From sequence record LC819009.1: 64,000 nucleotides of DNA; one strand, given 5' to 3'. Under the pieces are notes generated by a model. That model was not told the origin of the DNA. It searched no databases and saw only the letters and a list, made by a program, of their open reading frames with translations. Shown one piece after another: positions 46,159 to 55,596 of the stretch (within the stretch, counting starts at the first letter, position 1; the number at the start of each line of letters is the position of its first letter). The translations under genes and the position numbers were made by a program.

Positions 46159-48054
46159 ATGGGTGTAACCTCTCGCGACGTACAATGGTTGCGTAAGTCT
46201 TTCCTGCTCGCTACTGATAATCTCGATGATCAGTCGCTGCAAGAGTTCGGCTATACCGACACCATTGCACGTCCTTTCGACACAAGTCCTGGCGGCAATG
46301 AGGTAATCAACCCTCTGCCCCAATTCACCCGGCATTGCGACATCAAAGTCAAAACGCCACTCATGAACACGTTTGGTATTGGTCGCTGGTACGATGAGAC
46401 GTACGGCCAGTACTCGCAGAAAATCTACCTGCGCTTCGGTGTGCCCGAGTTCACCCCGATGTCTCAGTTCTTTACGGGGTTCTACAGCTATGAGGCTTCC
46501 CTTCTGGCCCGCACTGGCCGTGCTTCCGCTGGTATTGCTTATTACCTTGGTCGTGGGGTTGGTCTGGCTGTAACGATCTTCAACATCCCGCTGTTGTTGA
46601 CGACCGTTGCTCTTGAAGCTTATCGCTTCTTCACGCAAAAACAAAGCTCGAAGTTTTACTACTTCAAGCCCGCTATGCATCTGTACTGGAATGCGGTCAC
46701 TACGCTTGTGAATCACTACTGCGTGAACCGAGGCATCATTCCGCGGATGTTTACGTCTGACCAGAACCAGACGATGGCGGCTGAGAACACATACACGTCC
46801 GATGACCTCAAGCGCTTCGCTCAGGTGCTCGAAGTGTTCGATGAGAACGGCCAGGTCGACATGTACCGTTATGCTTCGTTCGCACAACGCCGCAAGAAAG
46901 CGTTCATGGACAAGCTGAAGGATATGCTCGATGTTTCGAACCTGGACTTCTCGGCATTGCACAACAACTTCCGTTCTGCTCTGAATCAGCAAACACAGCC
47001 CGTACAAGGCCGTGCATTCAAAGAGTACATGGACCTATGGCTCAACAGTCCGGAAGGCAATGCGAACTCATCTAGCGGTTCTACGGATGGCTCCCAAGGC
47101 GAGTCGGTTGCCGACACTCAGGTGAACACGATCGATAAGCCCGATCGCGATGGTTTGTGGAAGCTCCTGCAATCTGAATGGAACGACGGTACGGCTTTCG
47201 TTTGCTTCCGCGTGAATTCCACTGGTGAAGTTTCGGAGTCCTTCTCCAGTTCCACTGCCAAGTCGGAAATCGAAGACAAGATCAACGGTCTCGCCTCGCA
47301 GGCACGTAAGACCAGTTTCAACTTCTCCGGCGGCAACCTGACCGGAGCGTTGAGCGGTGCTCTGGGTGCTGTGGGCGACTTCGTAGGCGGTGTGGCTGAC
47401 CAGTTCAACATCTCGGGTCTGGCTGTGTTGGGCGGCGCAGCATTCGTGGATATTCCGGAACACTGGGAATCCTCGACAGCATCTCTGCCTCAACAGTCGT
47501 ACACGATCCAGCTGATTGCGCCTTATGGCAATGCACTCAGTCAGTTGTTCAATATGTACATCCCGCTCTTCATGATTCTGGCTGGTGCGCTTCCTCGCTC
47601 CACTGGTAAGCAGTCGTATACGGCTCCGCCTCTCGTGCAGTTGTTCGACAAGGGCAAGCAACAAACACGACTGGGTATCATCGACTCGGTCTCAGTTCGT
47701 CGTGGCACAACCAACCTGCCGTTTAACAAACACATGCAAGCGATGGGTATCGAGGTTACGTTCTCGATCAAGGATCTCTCCTCCATCATGCACATGCCGA
47801 TCTCGCAAGGCTTCTCGTTGAATCCGACGAAAGGCATCTTCGACGAAGACACGGTATTCTCGGACTACATGGGCGTGCTGGCTGGTCTCGATCTCGATGA
47901 TCAGATCTACTCGTTCCGTAAGTTCGCTCTGAACATGACTCGTTACGCAACCAACTGGCGTAGCTGGACGTCGTCATCCCACATGGCGTCGTTCCTCGCT
48001 AACGGCACTCCGCTGCGTTTCGTGTCGATGTTCTACAAGGGTATCGATCCATAA
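46159..48054 (+). CDS. Virion structural protein, probable baseplate hub (phiKZ gp182-like)
   Basis: 631 aa after the giant tail protein; C-terminal GIIDSVSVRRG...IEVTFSIKDLS tube/hub-like strands. Confidence 0.7.
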   Translation: MGVTSRDVQWLRKSFLLATDNLDDQSLQEFGYTDTIARPFDTSPGGNEVINPLPQFTRHCDIKVKTPLMNTFGIGRWYDETYGQYSQKIYLRFGVPEFTPMSQFFTGFYSYEASLLARTGRASAGIAYYLGRGVGLAVTIFNIPLLLTTVALEAYRFFTQKQSSKFYYFKPAMHLYWNAVTTLVNHYCVNRGIIPRMFTSDQNQTMAAENTYTSDDLKRFAQVLEVFDENGQVDMYRYASFAQRRKKAFMDKLKDMLDVSNLDFSALHNNFRSALNQQTQPVQGRAFKEYMDLWLNSPEGNANSSSGSTDGSQGESVADTQVNTIDKPDRDGLWKLLQSEWNDGTAFVCFRVNSTGEVSESFSSSTAKSEIEDKINGLASQARKTSFNFSGGNLTGALSGALGAVGDFVGGVADQFNISGLAVLGGAAFVDIPEHWESSTASLPQQSYTIQLIAPYGNALSQLFNMYIPLFMILAGALPRSTGKQSYTAPPLVQLFDKGKQQTRLGIIDSVSVRRGTTNLPFNKHMQAMGIEVTFSIKDLSSIMHMPISQGFSLNPTKGIFDEDTVFSDYMGVLAGLDLDDQIYSFRKFALNMTRYATNWRSWTSSSHMASFLANGTPLRFVSMFYKGIDP

Positions 48055-48064
48055 AGCAAAAAGC

Positions 48065-48098
48065 CATATACCACCTGGCGCAAGCCAGGTGGTATATG
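48065..48098. terminator. Bidirectional stem-loop (15-bp perfect stem including CATA/TATG)
   Basis: catataccacctggc-gcaa-gccaggtggtatatg between convergent genes. Confidence 0.8.
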
Positions 48099-48106
48099 TT
48101 CGTCTA

Positions 48107-49309
48107 TTAACCGCCAGGAATGGTGGTGGACTTGCCGGCAATCAGATCATCCAGCCACTGGATGTTGCGAGGAGCACCCAGGTCTTCTTGCGGCGGCTGA
48201 ACGCGAGGATCAGTATCACGCACCACCTGGTTCGAACCAGTCGAAACCGATTGGGGGAAACGCTTCGAGATCTCTTCGTTAACCGACAGAGGCTTGTTGA
48301 ACACTTGCAGTGCTGCATACGTCTTATCGATGGAGTTGGTGGAAGTCAAACCACCCGTCGTGAAGATGTTCTTCACTTGAACCGACGCGCCCAACAAAGA
48401 AGTCAGGTCACGCAGTGGCGCTGTCGAGCCTTGAGGCTTGAAGTCCGATGTGTTCCAGTTCGGATCGACTTTCTGATAGGCGCCCTGATACTGAACGAAT
48501 TGACCGTTCGAACCAGAGATGTCGGAAGGCGTATAAGACGTCTTGTCATTCTTGGCCAGCTGAGACACGGCGTTCGGCTGAAGCATGCCCACCGCACCAT
48601 TGCCGATATAATCGGTCATCGCTGCAACAGAAGCCAGATCCCCACGAGCCAAAGCACCAGGCAATGAGCCAGTTGCGACCGTGTAAAGGATCGAACCTTT
48701 GTTTACGAGCGTGGTGGAAGACTGGATGGTGTCGGCAATGACTCCAAAAGCCCCCTGAATGCCCTGTGCGCCTGCCTCTCCGACTAGAGCGGTGAAGACA
48801 CCTCCGAGAGCGCCGTTGGCACTGAGAGCGATTCCGGCCTTCCCAGCCACGGCGTTGATTGTGTTCGCGATTCCACGAATGTCGGAAAAATTACCAGTCT
48901 GAACCGCACGAACGATACCATTGACTGTCGTGTAGACTCGGTTGGCTTCCTTGATCAGGCCAGTGACTTCGTTGACGCCGCTCTTGACAGCAGCAATAGC
49001 CGACTGACTACCCGAGACCACATCGTTTACGAGCGACTTGGCTTTCGAATATTCGTCCGAAAAAGCTGCAGAGATTTTGTCTGTGAGGGATTCAGGATTC
49101 AATCCCAGTACGCCATCAGTGGCGCTCTTCAGCAGATTGCCTGAAGTGAATTTGCTCAGGAACCCGAACTTGTCGGACAGATCGAATCCGGTCAGATTCA
49201 GATCCTGAAAACTGTTAACGACCGAGGAGTCTGTCTTTTTGTAGACGTCCTCGACTACGGTTTTCTCGTCCGGCGTCCGGCTTAGAATACTGGAAGCTAA
49301 GGTCGGCAT
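48107..49309 (-). CDS. Probable virion structural protein (Ser/Gly/Ala-rich)
   Basis: 400-aa ORF with an A-rich leader like other structural genes. Confidence 0.65.
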   Translation of the reverse strand: MPTLASSILSRTPDEKTVVEDVYKKTDSSVVNSFQDLNLTGFDLSDKFGFLSKFTSGNLLKSATDGVLGLNPESLTDKISAAFSDEYSKAKSLVNDVVSGSQSAIAAVKSGVNEVTGLIKEANRVYTTVNGIVRAVQTGNFSDIRGIANTINAVAGKAGIALSANGALGGVFTALVGEAGAQGIQGAFGVIADTIQSSTTLVNKGSILYTVATGSLPGALARGDLASVAAMTDYIGNGAVGMLQPNAVSQLAKNDKTSYTPSDISGSNGQFVQYQGAYQKVDPNWNTSDFKPQGSTAPLRDLTSLLGASVQVKNIFTTGGLTSTNSIDKTYAALQVFNKPLSVNEEISKRFPQSVSTGSNQVVRDTDPRVQPPQEDLGAPRNIQWLDDLIAGKSTTIPGG

Positions 49310-49352
49310 TTTTTCACCAGAAAAAAATATAGGTCACAACATAAGCAGATTC

Positions 49353-49384
49353 CTGACAGTGTAGCCCGAAGGCTACACTGTCAG
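49353..49384. terminator. Stem-loop (14-bp stem, UUCG on minus strand)
   Basis: ctgacagtgtagcc-cgaa-ggctacactgtcag. Confidence 0.75.
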
Positions 49385-49395
49385 TATCCATAGAA

Positions 49396-49923
49396 TTACT
49401 TCTCCTGAATCAGCGTAAAGTTCATGTCCCGGAAGTTCACAAACTCGTGAGGTTTCTCACCGCGAAGGATATCGCGCACGTCATTCAGAACGCCAATGTA
49501 CAGACTGCTGTGACTCGGACGAATCGGAAGACGGTCCGGGCCTTGCAGGTAATAATGATCGAAAGGCAAATCGTTTTCGACCATCATCTGCGCATAATGG
49601 CTATTCGTTTGCAACTTGAGAATGGTTGCATCGAGGATCAGTTCACGAAACTTATCGCACGAGTATTTCGGCGACAGTCGCATGAAATTGATTGCTTGAT
49701 GCGGCTCCATATTTCGAATTGCATCACGTGTGCCGCCGGTGTTCAGGTAGCAGAACATGTTCTGCACGGTCCGGAAATGCCCGAGCAGAGGATGGTGGAT
49801 TGGCTCACCAACGTTGTACGACAATGCAAGCAGACGACCGAGCTTGGTCTTCGCCTTCATTTGCGTGTTGATGTGTGTGTAACCATCTTCATGCGGATTG
49901 GGACGAACAGTCAAGTCACTCAT
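49396..49923 (-). CDS. NADAR/T4 gp30.3-like protein with divergent motifs
   Basis: DGYTHIN...KTKLGRLL...HP.LG.F.TVQ pattern resembles the phage NADAR N-terminus; likely ATG at 49923. Confidence 0.5.
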   Translation of the reverse strand: MSDLTVRPNPHEDGYTHINTQMKAKTKLGRLLALSYNVGEPIHHPLLGHFRTVQNMFCYLNTGGTRDAIRNMEPHQAINFMRLSPKYSCDKFRELILDATILKLQTNSHYAQMMVENDLPFDHYYLQGPDRLPIRPSHSSLYIGVLNDVRDILRGEKPHEFVNFRDMNFTLIQEK

Positions 49924-50488
49924 TGCTTTCTCCGGAATCTTTCTTCTTGTTCTTGTGACCAATCAGCTTACGCATCAAAGCCTTAAGGGGGCTACCTTCT
50001 TTTTTCGATTGAAGGAAATCGTTTACTTGCGCGATGAGTTCTGATTCCTCATCCTCCTCGCTCAGACTAAGCAGAACATCAGGAGTAAGTGGATACCGAA
50101 CCTTGCCGACAAGACGACGACCATCTTTCATCTTCCAGATAGCCAGCAGTTCGATCTCTTCGACATTGGCAACAACAGCTGCCTTGACGAAGGTTGAGAC
50201 CGACATACTTTCATCTTCAGAGAACACCTGGTTCGTGATGTTGCCGCGCGCACTGGTGCGATGTGCTGGCGTTTGCGGGATCCCGTTTGCAGGATCGTTC
50301 ACATAACGCTTAAGCAGGGCGTCCCAAGTTTCCAGGCGTGTTATGCCCAGACCCTTGAACAGAAATCGGTGCGTCAAATACCAAAGAACATTCTTTGGCC
50401 TTGAGGGGAAATTGAATATTCCCCGAGCAGTCAGGTCCATCTGACTGTTGACTCGTCGTGTGACGAGACTATCTTCTTTTCGTGCCAT
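49916..50488 (-). CDS. Conserved phiKZ-like hypothetical protein
   Basis: 190 aa; WDALLKRYVND...ARGNIT..VF...MS..TF pattern. Confidence 0.65.
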   Translation of the reverse strand: MARKEDSLVTRRVNSQMDLTARGIFNFPSRPKNVLWYLTHRFLFKGLGITRLETWDALLKRYVNDPANGIPQTPAHRTSARGNITNQVFSEDESMSVSTFVKAAVVANVEEIELLAIWKMKDGRRLVGKVRYPLTPDVLLSLSEEDEESELIAQVNDFLQSKKEGSPLKALMRKLIGHKNKKKDSGESNE

Positions 50489-50542
50489 TTGATAGGCTCC
50501 AAACAGTGATATGGTTTTCCATACCGGTTAAGATGACTTTGG

Positions 50543-51058
50543 TCATTCGCCAAAGTGTTCAAGTAAAGCATTGATAAACCCAGTCAACGTCTGCGTGTAT
50601 TTGTACAGCTGACGATGGTTGTGTTCCATAGCACCATGCAGTTCCATGTCTGCGAACTTCATGTACTCGTAGTAAGTGTCGATCAACTCTACTGCTCGTT
50701 GGATCTTCACCGCCGTGTCGTCCACGTAGTAGCCATCGTGAACAAAGAGGAAGTCGTCAAATCTCGGATTCTTCAATTCCCTCACAGAGAAGATTCCGCG
50801 TTCAATATGTTGCTTATCTTTCAGATAGTCATTTACCTCCAGGAGTGACTTAATGAAGTCCGGCAAGTTCTCGGAGAAACATTCGATTCTTCCGAGAGAG
50901 GCCGGCGACTTGGTAAGAGTCAATTGCGTGATGCCGATACGACCCAGTGCAATCTGGAGTTGCATATAGATGCTGTCGGGATCAGCTTTCTTCTCTTCTA
51001 CCGCAACGGGTTCAGGAGTATTCCTTCTCCGCAGATAGTCGAACAGTCGCTGTATCAT
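50543..51058 (-). CDS. Hypothetical protein
   Basis: ORF track 50543..51097; likely ATG at 51058; TATATTAC upstream. Confidence 0.6.
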   Translation of the reverse strand: MIQRLFDYLRRRNTPEPVAVEEKKADPDSIYMQLQIALGRIGITQLTLTKSPASLGRIECFSENLPDFIKSLLEVNDYLKDKQHIERGIFSVRELKNPRFDDFLFVHDGYYVDDTAVKIQRAVELIDTYYEYMKFADMELHGAMEHNHRQLYKYTQTLTGFINALLEHFGE

Positions 51059-51100
51059 GTGACCTTCATTCAATGGATTTTCCAGACATAGATCCAAATA

Positions 51101-51108
51101 GTAATATA
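51101..51108 (-). promoter_or_regulatory. phiKZ-type early promoter motif TATATTAC
   Basis: gtaatata on the plus strand in a divergent intergenic gap. Confidence 0.5.
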
Positions 51109-51137
51109 TGTCTGAGCTGTTTTAAAGGAGAAACATC

Positions 51138-51575
51138 GTGTCCTCATTGACACCTGAAAAGATCGAGGAAAGTTTTCAGGACCTCGACTACACCACGGGA
51201 ATCCGCAAACAGATCGTGACTGCTCTGCTTCCGGATGCGCTAGGGAGCAAAGATCCTGAGCTTGCTCGAACTGTCATGCAGGGGCTTGACGGCATTGATA
51301 AAGTTGCCCTTGGTCGTCTCAAACTCAATGAGAAAGCCAAGGAAAACGAAACCCGTGCTGACGAAGCCGCGGCAATGGCACAGTATCTGGTTACTTTGTC
51401 TGACCGCCGTCAAAAGGAAGGCAGACCGGAAGTCAGCCACAACGAAACAGTCGGACGCAAGCTGCCGGAAGACCGTCGGCCGGCCTACGATCCGTCTGTT
51501 CGTGACTCTGCAGCGGGTAGCGAAAACACGTCGGAATTCACCGAACGCATCGAAGGCGAGAACGGAAAGCGTTAA
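51138..51575 (+). CDS. Hypothetical acidic protein
   Basis: 145 aa, GTG start after an AAGGAG RBS. Confidence 0.7.
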   Translation: MSSLTPEKIEESFQDLDYTTGIRKQIVTALLPDALGSKDPELARTVMQGLDGIDKVALGRLKLNEKAKENETRADEAAAMAQYLVTLSDRRQKEGRPEVSHNETVGRKLPEDRRPAYDPSVRDSAAGSENTSEFTERIEGENGKR

Positions 51576-52366
51576 TCCGCTTTGTTCTGTTCCACCAGTT
51601 TCTTATCGAGTTCATCGATAGAAAGATGCTTCGAAACGTCGACGTCTTCGATCGCAGCCAGACGTTCATCTGGGTAGATGATCGAAAAGTGTTCAACGTT
51701 AATGAACTTCAAGTGAATCCTGGGAGCCACTGCGGCTTCCAGGACCGCTAGGCTATTTATGCCGCGTTTCATCTGCTCGATGACTTCTTCGTCCTTATCC
51801 GGATCGGAGTTGAAGTACACCATCGGAGCCACCAGCAACAGGAACGGCTTCGGATTTTTGATGAGCGAATTGGCATGTGCGTTGAGGTAGTGATGGTAGT
51901 CGTACATCACCATCATCACGTAATTCTCAGCACACAAAGCGGGCGTCATTTCCTTGATGTCTTTGCTGATGACGTTCACGCCAATGCGGCCCTGGAACTT
52001 CAGATAGATGATACTGCGCAGTGCAGCCATCTCGTCAGGCTGGAACGGATACGGCCAGACGTTCACATCCAGCTGTGGCTTCTGATTGTCCGGCAGTTCG
52101 TGAGCAATCGTTTCCTTCATCAGTTCGGCAATCTGGGGAGCCAGAAAGACGAAGATGTTGGTCATGAGTGCTTCTTGCAAAGTCTCGACTTCGAACTTGT
52201 TGTAAAGCTCGTCGTAGGCTTTCTTATCGATACCTTCGAAGAAGTCACCCTTACGAACGTGATAGCCGTTCTTAATGAGGCTATGAGCGGCTTCCGGGTT
52301 CAGGCGCTTCACTACCCCATAGCGCGCATCCAGGAGAGCGCCAATCTCTACGTAGATGCCTTTCAT
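51572..52366 (-). CDS. Conserved phiKZ-like hypothetical protein (possibly degenerate HAD-like fold)
   Basis: 264 aa; N-terminus IYVEIGALLDARYG lacks a canonical DxD. Confidence 0.65.
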   Translation of the reverse strand: MKGIYVEIGALLDARYGVVKRLNPEAAHSLIKNGYHVRKGDFFEGIDKKAYDELYNKFEVETLQEALMTNIFVFLAPQIAELMKETIAHELPDNQKPQLDVNVWPYPFQPDEMAALRSIIYLKFQGRIGVNVISKDIKEMTPALCAENYVMMVMYDYHHYLNAHANSLIKNPKPFLLLVAPMVYFNSDPDKDEEVIEQMKRGINSLAVLEAAVAPRIHLKFINVEHFSIIYPDERLAAIEDVDVSKHLSIDELDKKLVEQNKAD

Positions 52367-52851
52367 TATGCGACTACCTCCGCAATGATTTCAGGATTAC
52401 CGTACGTGAAGAGAACAGCAAACATCACGAGGTAGCGGTTGTTCTGAAGGATCTTGATAATGCCGTCCGGATCAGGAATACGATCACGATATTCCGTACC
52501 CATAAACGAAAGTTTCGGATCCGCTGCTTCTTTCGTGTTGAAGGCTTGAGCCAGATGGACGATCAGTGCCTGATAATCCTGCTCGGGCAAAGTGAAACGA
52601 GTGCGGAACAACGCCGTCAACGTGTAGACCAGGTTGATGTGCAGTGTGTCCTTGTAGATCATGTCGTAGAGATTCTGCATCGAATCTTCCGTGAACACGA
52701 GCCAGCCTTGCGTTTGCAAGAGAACTTCGGCGAGAAAAGTTGCTTCATTCTGACGATTCTCGCCCTTGATCGTCAGGTTATGGAAATAATGCGACAGCGC
52801 ACTGTTGATTGCGTTCTGTGCGGCTTCCGTGATTTCTGCCAGTGTTGCCAT
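52366..52851 (-). CDS. Hypothetical helical protein
   Basis: Likely ATG at 52851 (MATLAEITE); TAATG coupling to the next gene. Confidence 0.65.
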   Translation of the reverse strand: MATLAEITEAAQNAINSALSHYFHNLTIKGENRQNEATFLAEVLLQTQGWLVFTEDSMQNLYDMIYKDTLHINLVYTLTALFRTRFTLPEQDYQALIVHLAQAFNTKEAADPKLSFMGTEYRDRIPDPDGIIKILQNNRYLVMFAVLFTYGNPEIIAEVVA

Positions 52852-52915
52852 AAAGACTCCGAACAAAAGATACGACAGAGTACCTGGCCGAAGCCAGGTA
52901 CTCACACAGGATGGC

Positions 52916-53599
52916 TCACAGCGTGTTGTCGTAGTGCATGCCAAGAAGGATGTTACGAAGCGAACGGGTCGAACCGACCTCACCCGCATAGGGTTCGAGT
53001 GCTTTCATCGAGGCCCCGCCAGTCTTCATGATCGCTTGATTCATGAGACGATTGCCTTTCACGTCGCCCCCGCGCCAGTGCATGAATTCTTCAATGGTCT
53101 TCTTCAGACCGAAAGCCTTCAGCAGTGACAGTTCGGGGTAACTGATCTTCGATCCCTTGCTATCGCCAGTGACCTGACCAGTAAAGTCGTCGATCGAGTG
53201 GTTGTTTTCCGGAATGGAAATCTTCTCCACCAGCAGCTGCGCCTGACGTCGTACCGGGAACGGTAGAATCAGATACGCATTGGGCGTCAGGAACCAGTCG
53301 CCTGATTCATCCTGATACCAGAGATGCTGGAAGAATTGAATTCCAAACTTCGGTCCAAGGACGTTGATGTTTCGCATCGTGTCCAAGGGGAACTTGCCGC
53401 CTGGTGGATCGATATACACCAGCGCGCCTTCCTTGTTTCGCATGCGCTCGATCCAGTTATGGAACTGAGCGTCATTCAGGTACTTCGGGCTTTTCGGATC
53501 GAAGAGTGCCTGGTAAAGAGCCACGTTCGGATTGCCAGGGGCAATCGCGTCAATGATCTCCAGACACATCTTCTCAGCCGCCTTGCGGTTACGTGGCAT
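52916..53599 (-). CDS. Virion RNA polymerase beta C-terminal subunit (phiKZ gp149-like)
   Basis: VRRQAQLLVEKISIP...IDDFTGQVTGDSKGSKISYPE, equivalent to the beta C-terminal TQQP..G...GE.E region; 227 aa. Confidence 0.75.
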   Translation of the reverse strand: MPRNRKAAEKMCLEIIDAIAPGNPNVALYQALFDPKSPKYLNDAQFHNWIERMRNKEGALVYIDPPGGKFPLDTMRNINVLGPKFGIQFFQHLWYQDESGDWFLTPNAYLILPFPVRRQAQLLVEKISIPENNHSIDDFTGQVTGDSKGSKISYPELSLLKAFGLKKTIEEFMHWRGGDVKGNRLMNQAIMKTGGASMKALEPYAGEVGSTRSLRNILLGMHYDNTL

Positions 53600-54137
53600 C
53601 GGGTTCGTCCTTGAGGCGAATCAGTCGCAACTTGATCTGCTTGTCTTTGCATCGCTCCAACATATCTTTGGTTCCGGGAGAATGACCGTCCCAGAAGCCA
53701 AGACCATGGCTCGATACATTAGCCATATCCTGGTTGCGCATGAAGCCAGCCAAAGCGTTGTACTGCTTGCCTTGAGCATTGGTCTTAATCTTCGCACCAG
53801 GAACGTCGATGTTGTTCCAATCAGCCGGGAACTCACTCCAGCGCCAGCCTTTAGCTTTTGCCCAATCGACGATCTGTTTGTCGGCACCTTCTTTCGCCAT
53901 GCCAGACACAAACACTGTGTTTTCGGGGATAAAAGACCAGTCACGAATGAAGCCTTCCAAACAAGCTTCAAAGATTTCCTGGTCTACATTTTTCCGACTG
54001 CCAAAAACGACTACTACGTTTTTGAACTTTCTCAATTCGTCACGTCGGATCGGACGAACCGGCTTGCCATCGCTCATGATTCTGCAATCCTGGTTAAGCC
54101 CCGAAAATTGATAGTTCTTCTCAATATATCGAGGCAT
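53589..54137 (-). CDS. SLOG-superfamily (YspA/DUF2493-like) nucleotide-binding protein
   Basis: VVVFGSR, VSGMAKEGAD, FPADW, AGFMRNQDMA, FWDGHSPGTKDM. Start may be downstream (MSDGKP). Confidence 0.8.
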   Translation of the reverse strand: MPRYIEKNYQFSGLNQDCRIMSDGKPVRPIRRDELRKFKNVVVVFGSRKNVDQEIFEACLEGFIRDWSFIPENTVFVSGMAKEGADKQIVDWAKAKGWRWSEFPADWNNIDVPGAKIKTNAQGKQYNALAGFMRNQDMANVSSHGLGFWDGHSPGTKDMLERCKDKQIKLRLIRLKDEPDAT

Positions 54138-54171
54138 AAAAAGGAGAGCGGAATCAATCCGCTCTCACGTT

Positions 54172-55596
54172 TTACTTCCAATAAGGCTTGTACTTGTCAA
54201 TACGCATGCGCATCAAGTCCAGCGTCGAGAGGTAAGGAATGGGGTGATCGTCGTTGTTCAACGTCCACCAGCCACGGGTATTGCCCAGGATTTCATCCCA
54301 GTCGTAACCCTTTTCCTTGATGCCGTCGAACAGTTCCTTCGGCGTGCACAACAGACCCTGATTGCGAAGCTCGGGCATCAGACGGCTCATTTGCATGAGT
54401 TCCATCGTGATGTTGAGTGCGCGTTGCAGCATGGGGTCGGTGTCGATCTTCGAACGAACCTTCGTACGGCTCAGCTTGGCATCAGGGCGAAGAGTCAGGT
54501 AGTAATTCTGATCGTTGCCTTCCAGACCGAAAGAGTCCGGATGATCCCACAGATTATAGAACTCGGTCATCGCCGGCAGAATGCCTTGCTTCTGCGAAAC
54601 GATCAGACGAATGGGTACGCCCGACGGACCCGACTTGCCACGCAACTCAACCGCGTGCAATACGTTCAGATCGGTGTCGCCTTCAGCATTGTCGAATTCG
54701 TCCCGCGGGAATTGCGGCAGCTTCGTCTGACGATGGATCAGTTTCTCCAGATTGTAGAACTGGACGATCGAGTTCATGATGTACGTGAACTTGTCCGTCA
54801 CACCCTTCATCTTGACGTTGCCCTGGATGTTCGACAGCTTCTTCTTTTCCGGATTGTACTGATCCAGATTGAAGATGGGGCCGACCTGAGCAGTCATGGA
54901 GAAGTAGTGAGAAGCCTTGTGAAGCAGCGGCGGCAGTTCCGAGAGCAGACGCAGCTTGTTGATACCCTGCTTCATGAACATCGTCTCAGCGCCTTTCTCG
55001 CCAAGACCCGTGTCGGAGTTCATCTTCGACACGTCTTTGGTCACGAAGTCCGTGAACGAGTCCAGACCACCGAACGTCGGGATGATCATGTCCATCAGTT
55101 CGTTGGTGGTGCCCAGCTTCACGAAAGGAAGCGGCGCGCGATACTCTTTCTTCTTGCCGAGATCGCACTTCGTTTCCAGGAATTCCTTGGTCTTGTCGTA
55201 CCACTCTTCACCACCATAGACCTTGCGGTTGGTGACGACGAAGCGTTCGGATTCGATCGGGTCCACTCCGTCGAACTCAGGAAGCTGTGCGGCGAGATCG
55301 CCAACACGCGTACCCTGTGTGTTCATTTCGGTTTCGAACATGGAGCCTGTCGATTCGCCATGAATGCGATACATTGCTCGCAGGTTCTTGTACAGCATCG
55401 AGGTGGTCTTGAAGAGGTTACCGCCACCTACGTAACCGCTCAGCTGAGCATGCCCGCCATTGAGCAATGCTTCGCCATGTTGGCCGTAATACCAGCGGCC
55501 GGTGATGATGTCGAGACCGGCTCCCACGTTGATCATGGGTGCAAGATGTTCGGCCTTTTGGTAAGGTTGTTTAAACAGCATGTGAATGCTCTCCAA
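54172..55596 (-). CDS. RecA/UvsX-like recombinase (phiKZ gp152-like)
   Basis: 474 aa; variant Walker A GGGNLFKTT, Walker B GGLDSFT; phiKZ synteny with RNase H and the gp149 homolog. Confidence 0.8.
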   Translation of the reverse strand: MESIHMLFKQPYQKAEHLAPMINVGAGLDIITGRWYYGQHGEALLNGGHAQLSGYVGGGNLFKTTSMLYKNLRAMYRIHGESTGSMFETEMNTQGTRVGDLAAQLPEFDGVDPIESERFVVTNRKVYGGEEWYDKTKEFLETKCDLGKKKEYRAPLPFVKLGTTNELMDMIIPTFGGLDSFTDFVTKDVSKMNSDTGLGEKGAETMFMKQGINKLRLLSELPPLLHKASHYFSMTAQVGPIFNLDQYNPEKKKLSNIQGNVKMKGVTDKFTYIMNSIVQFYNLEKLIHRQTKLPQFPRDEFDNAEGDTDLNVLHAVELRGKSGPSGVPIRLIVSQKQGILPAMTEFYNLWDHPDSFGLEGNDQNYYLTLRPDAKLSRTKVRSKIDTDPMLQRALNITMELMQMSRLMPELRNQGLLCTPKELFDGIKEKGYDWDEILGNTRGWWTLNNDDHPIPYLSTLDLMRMRIDKYKPYWK

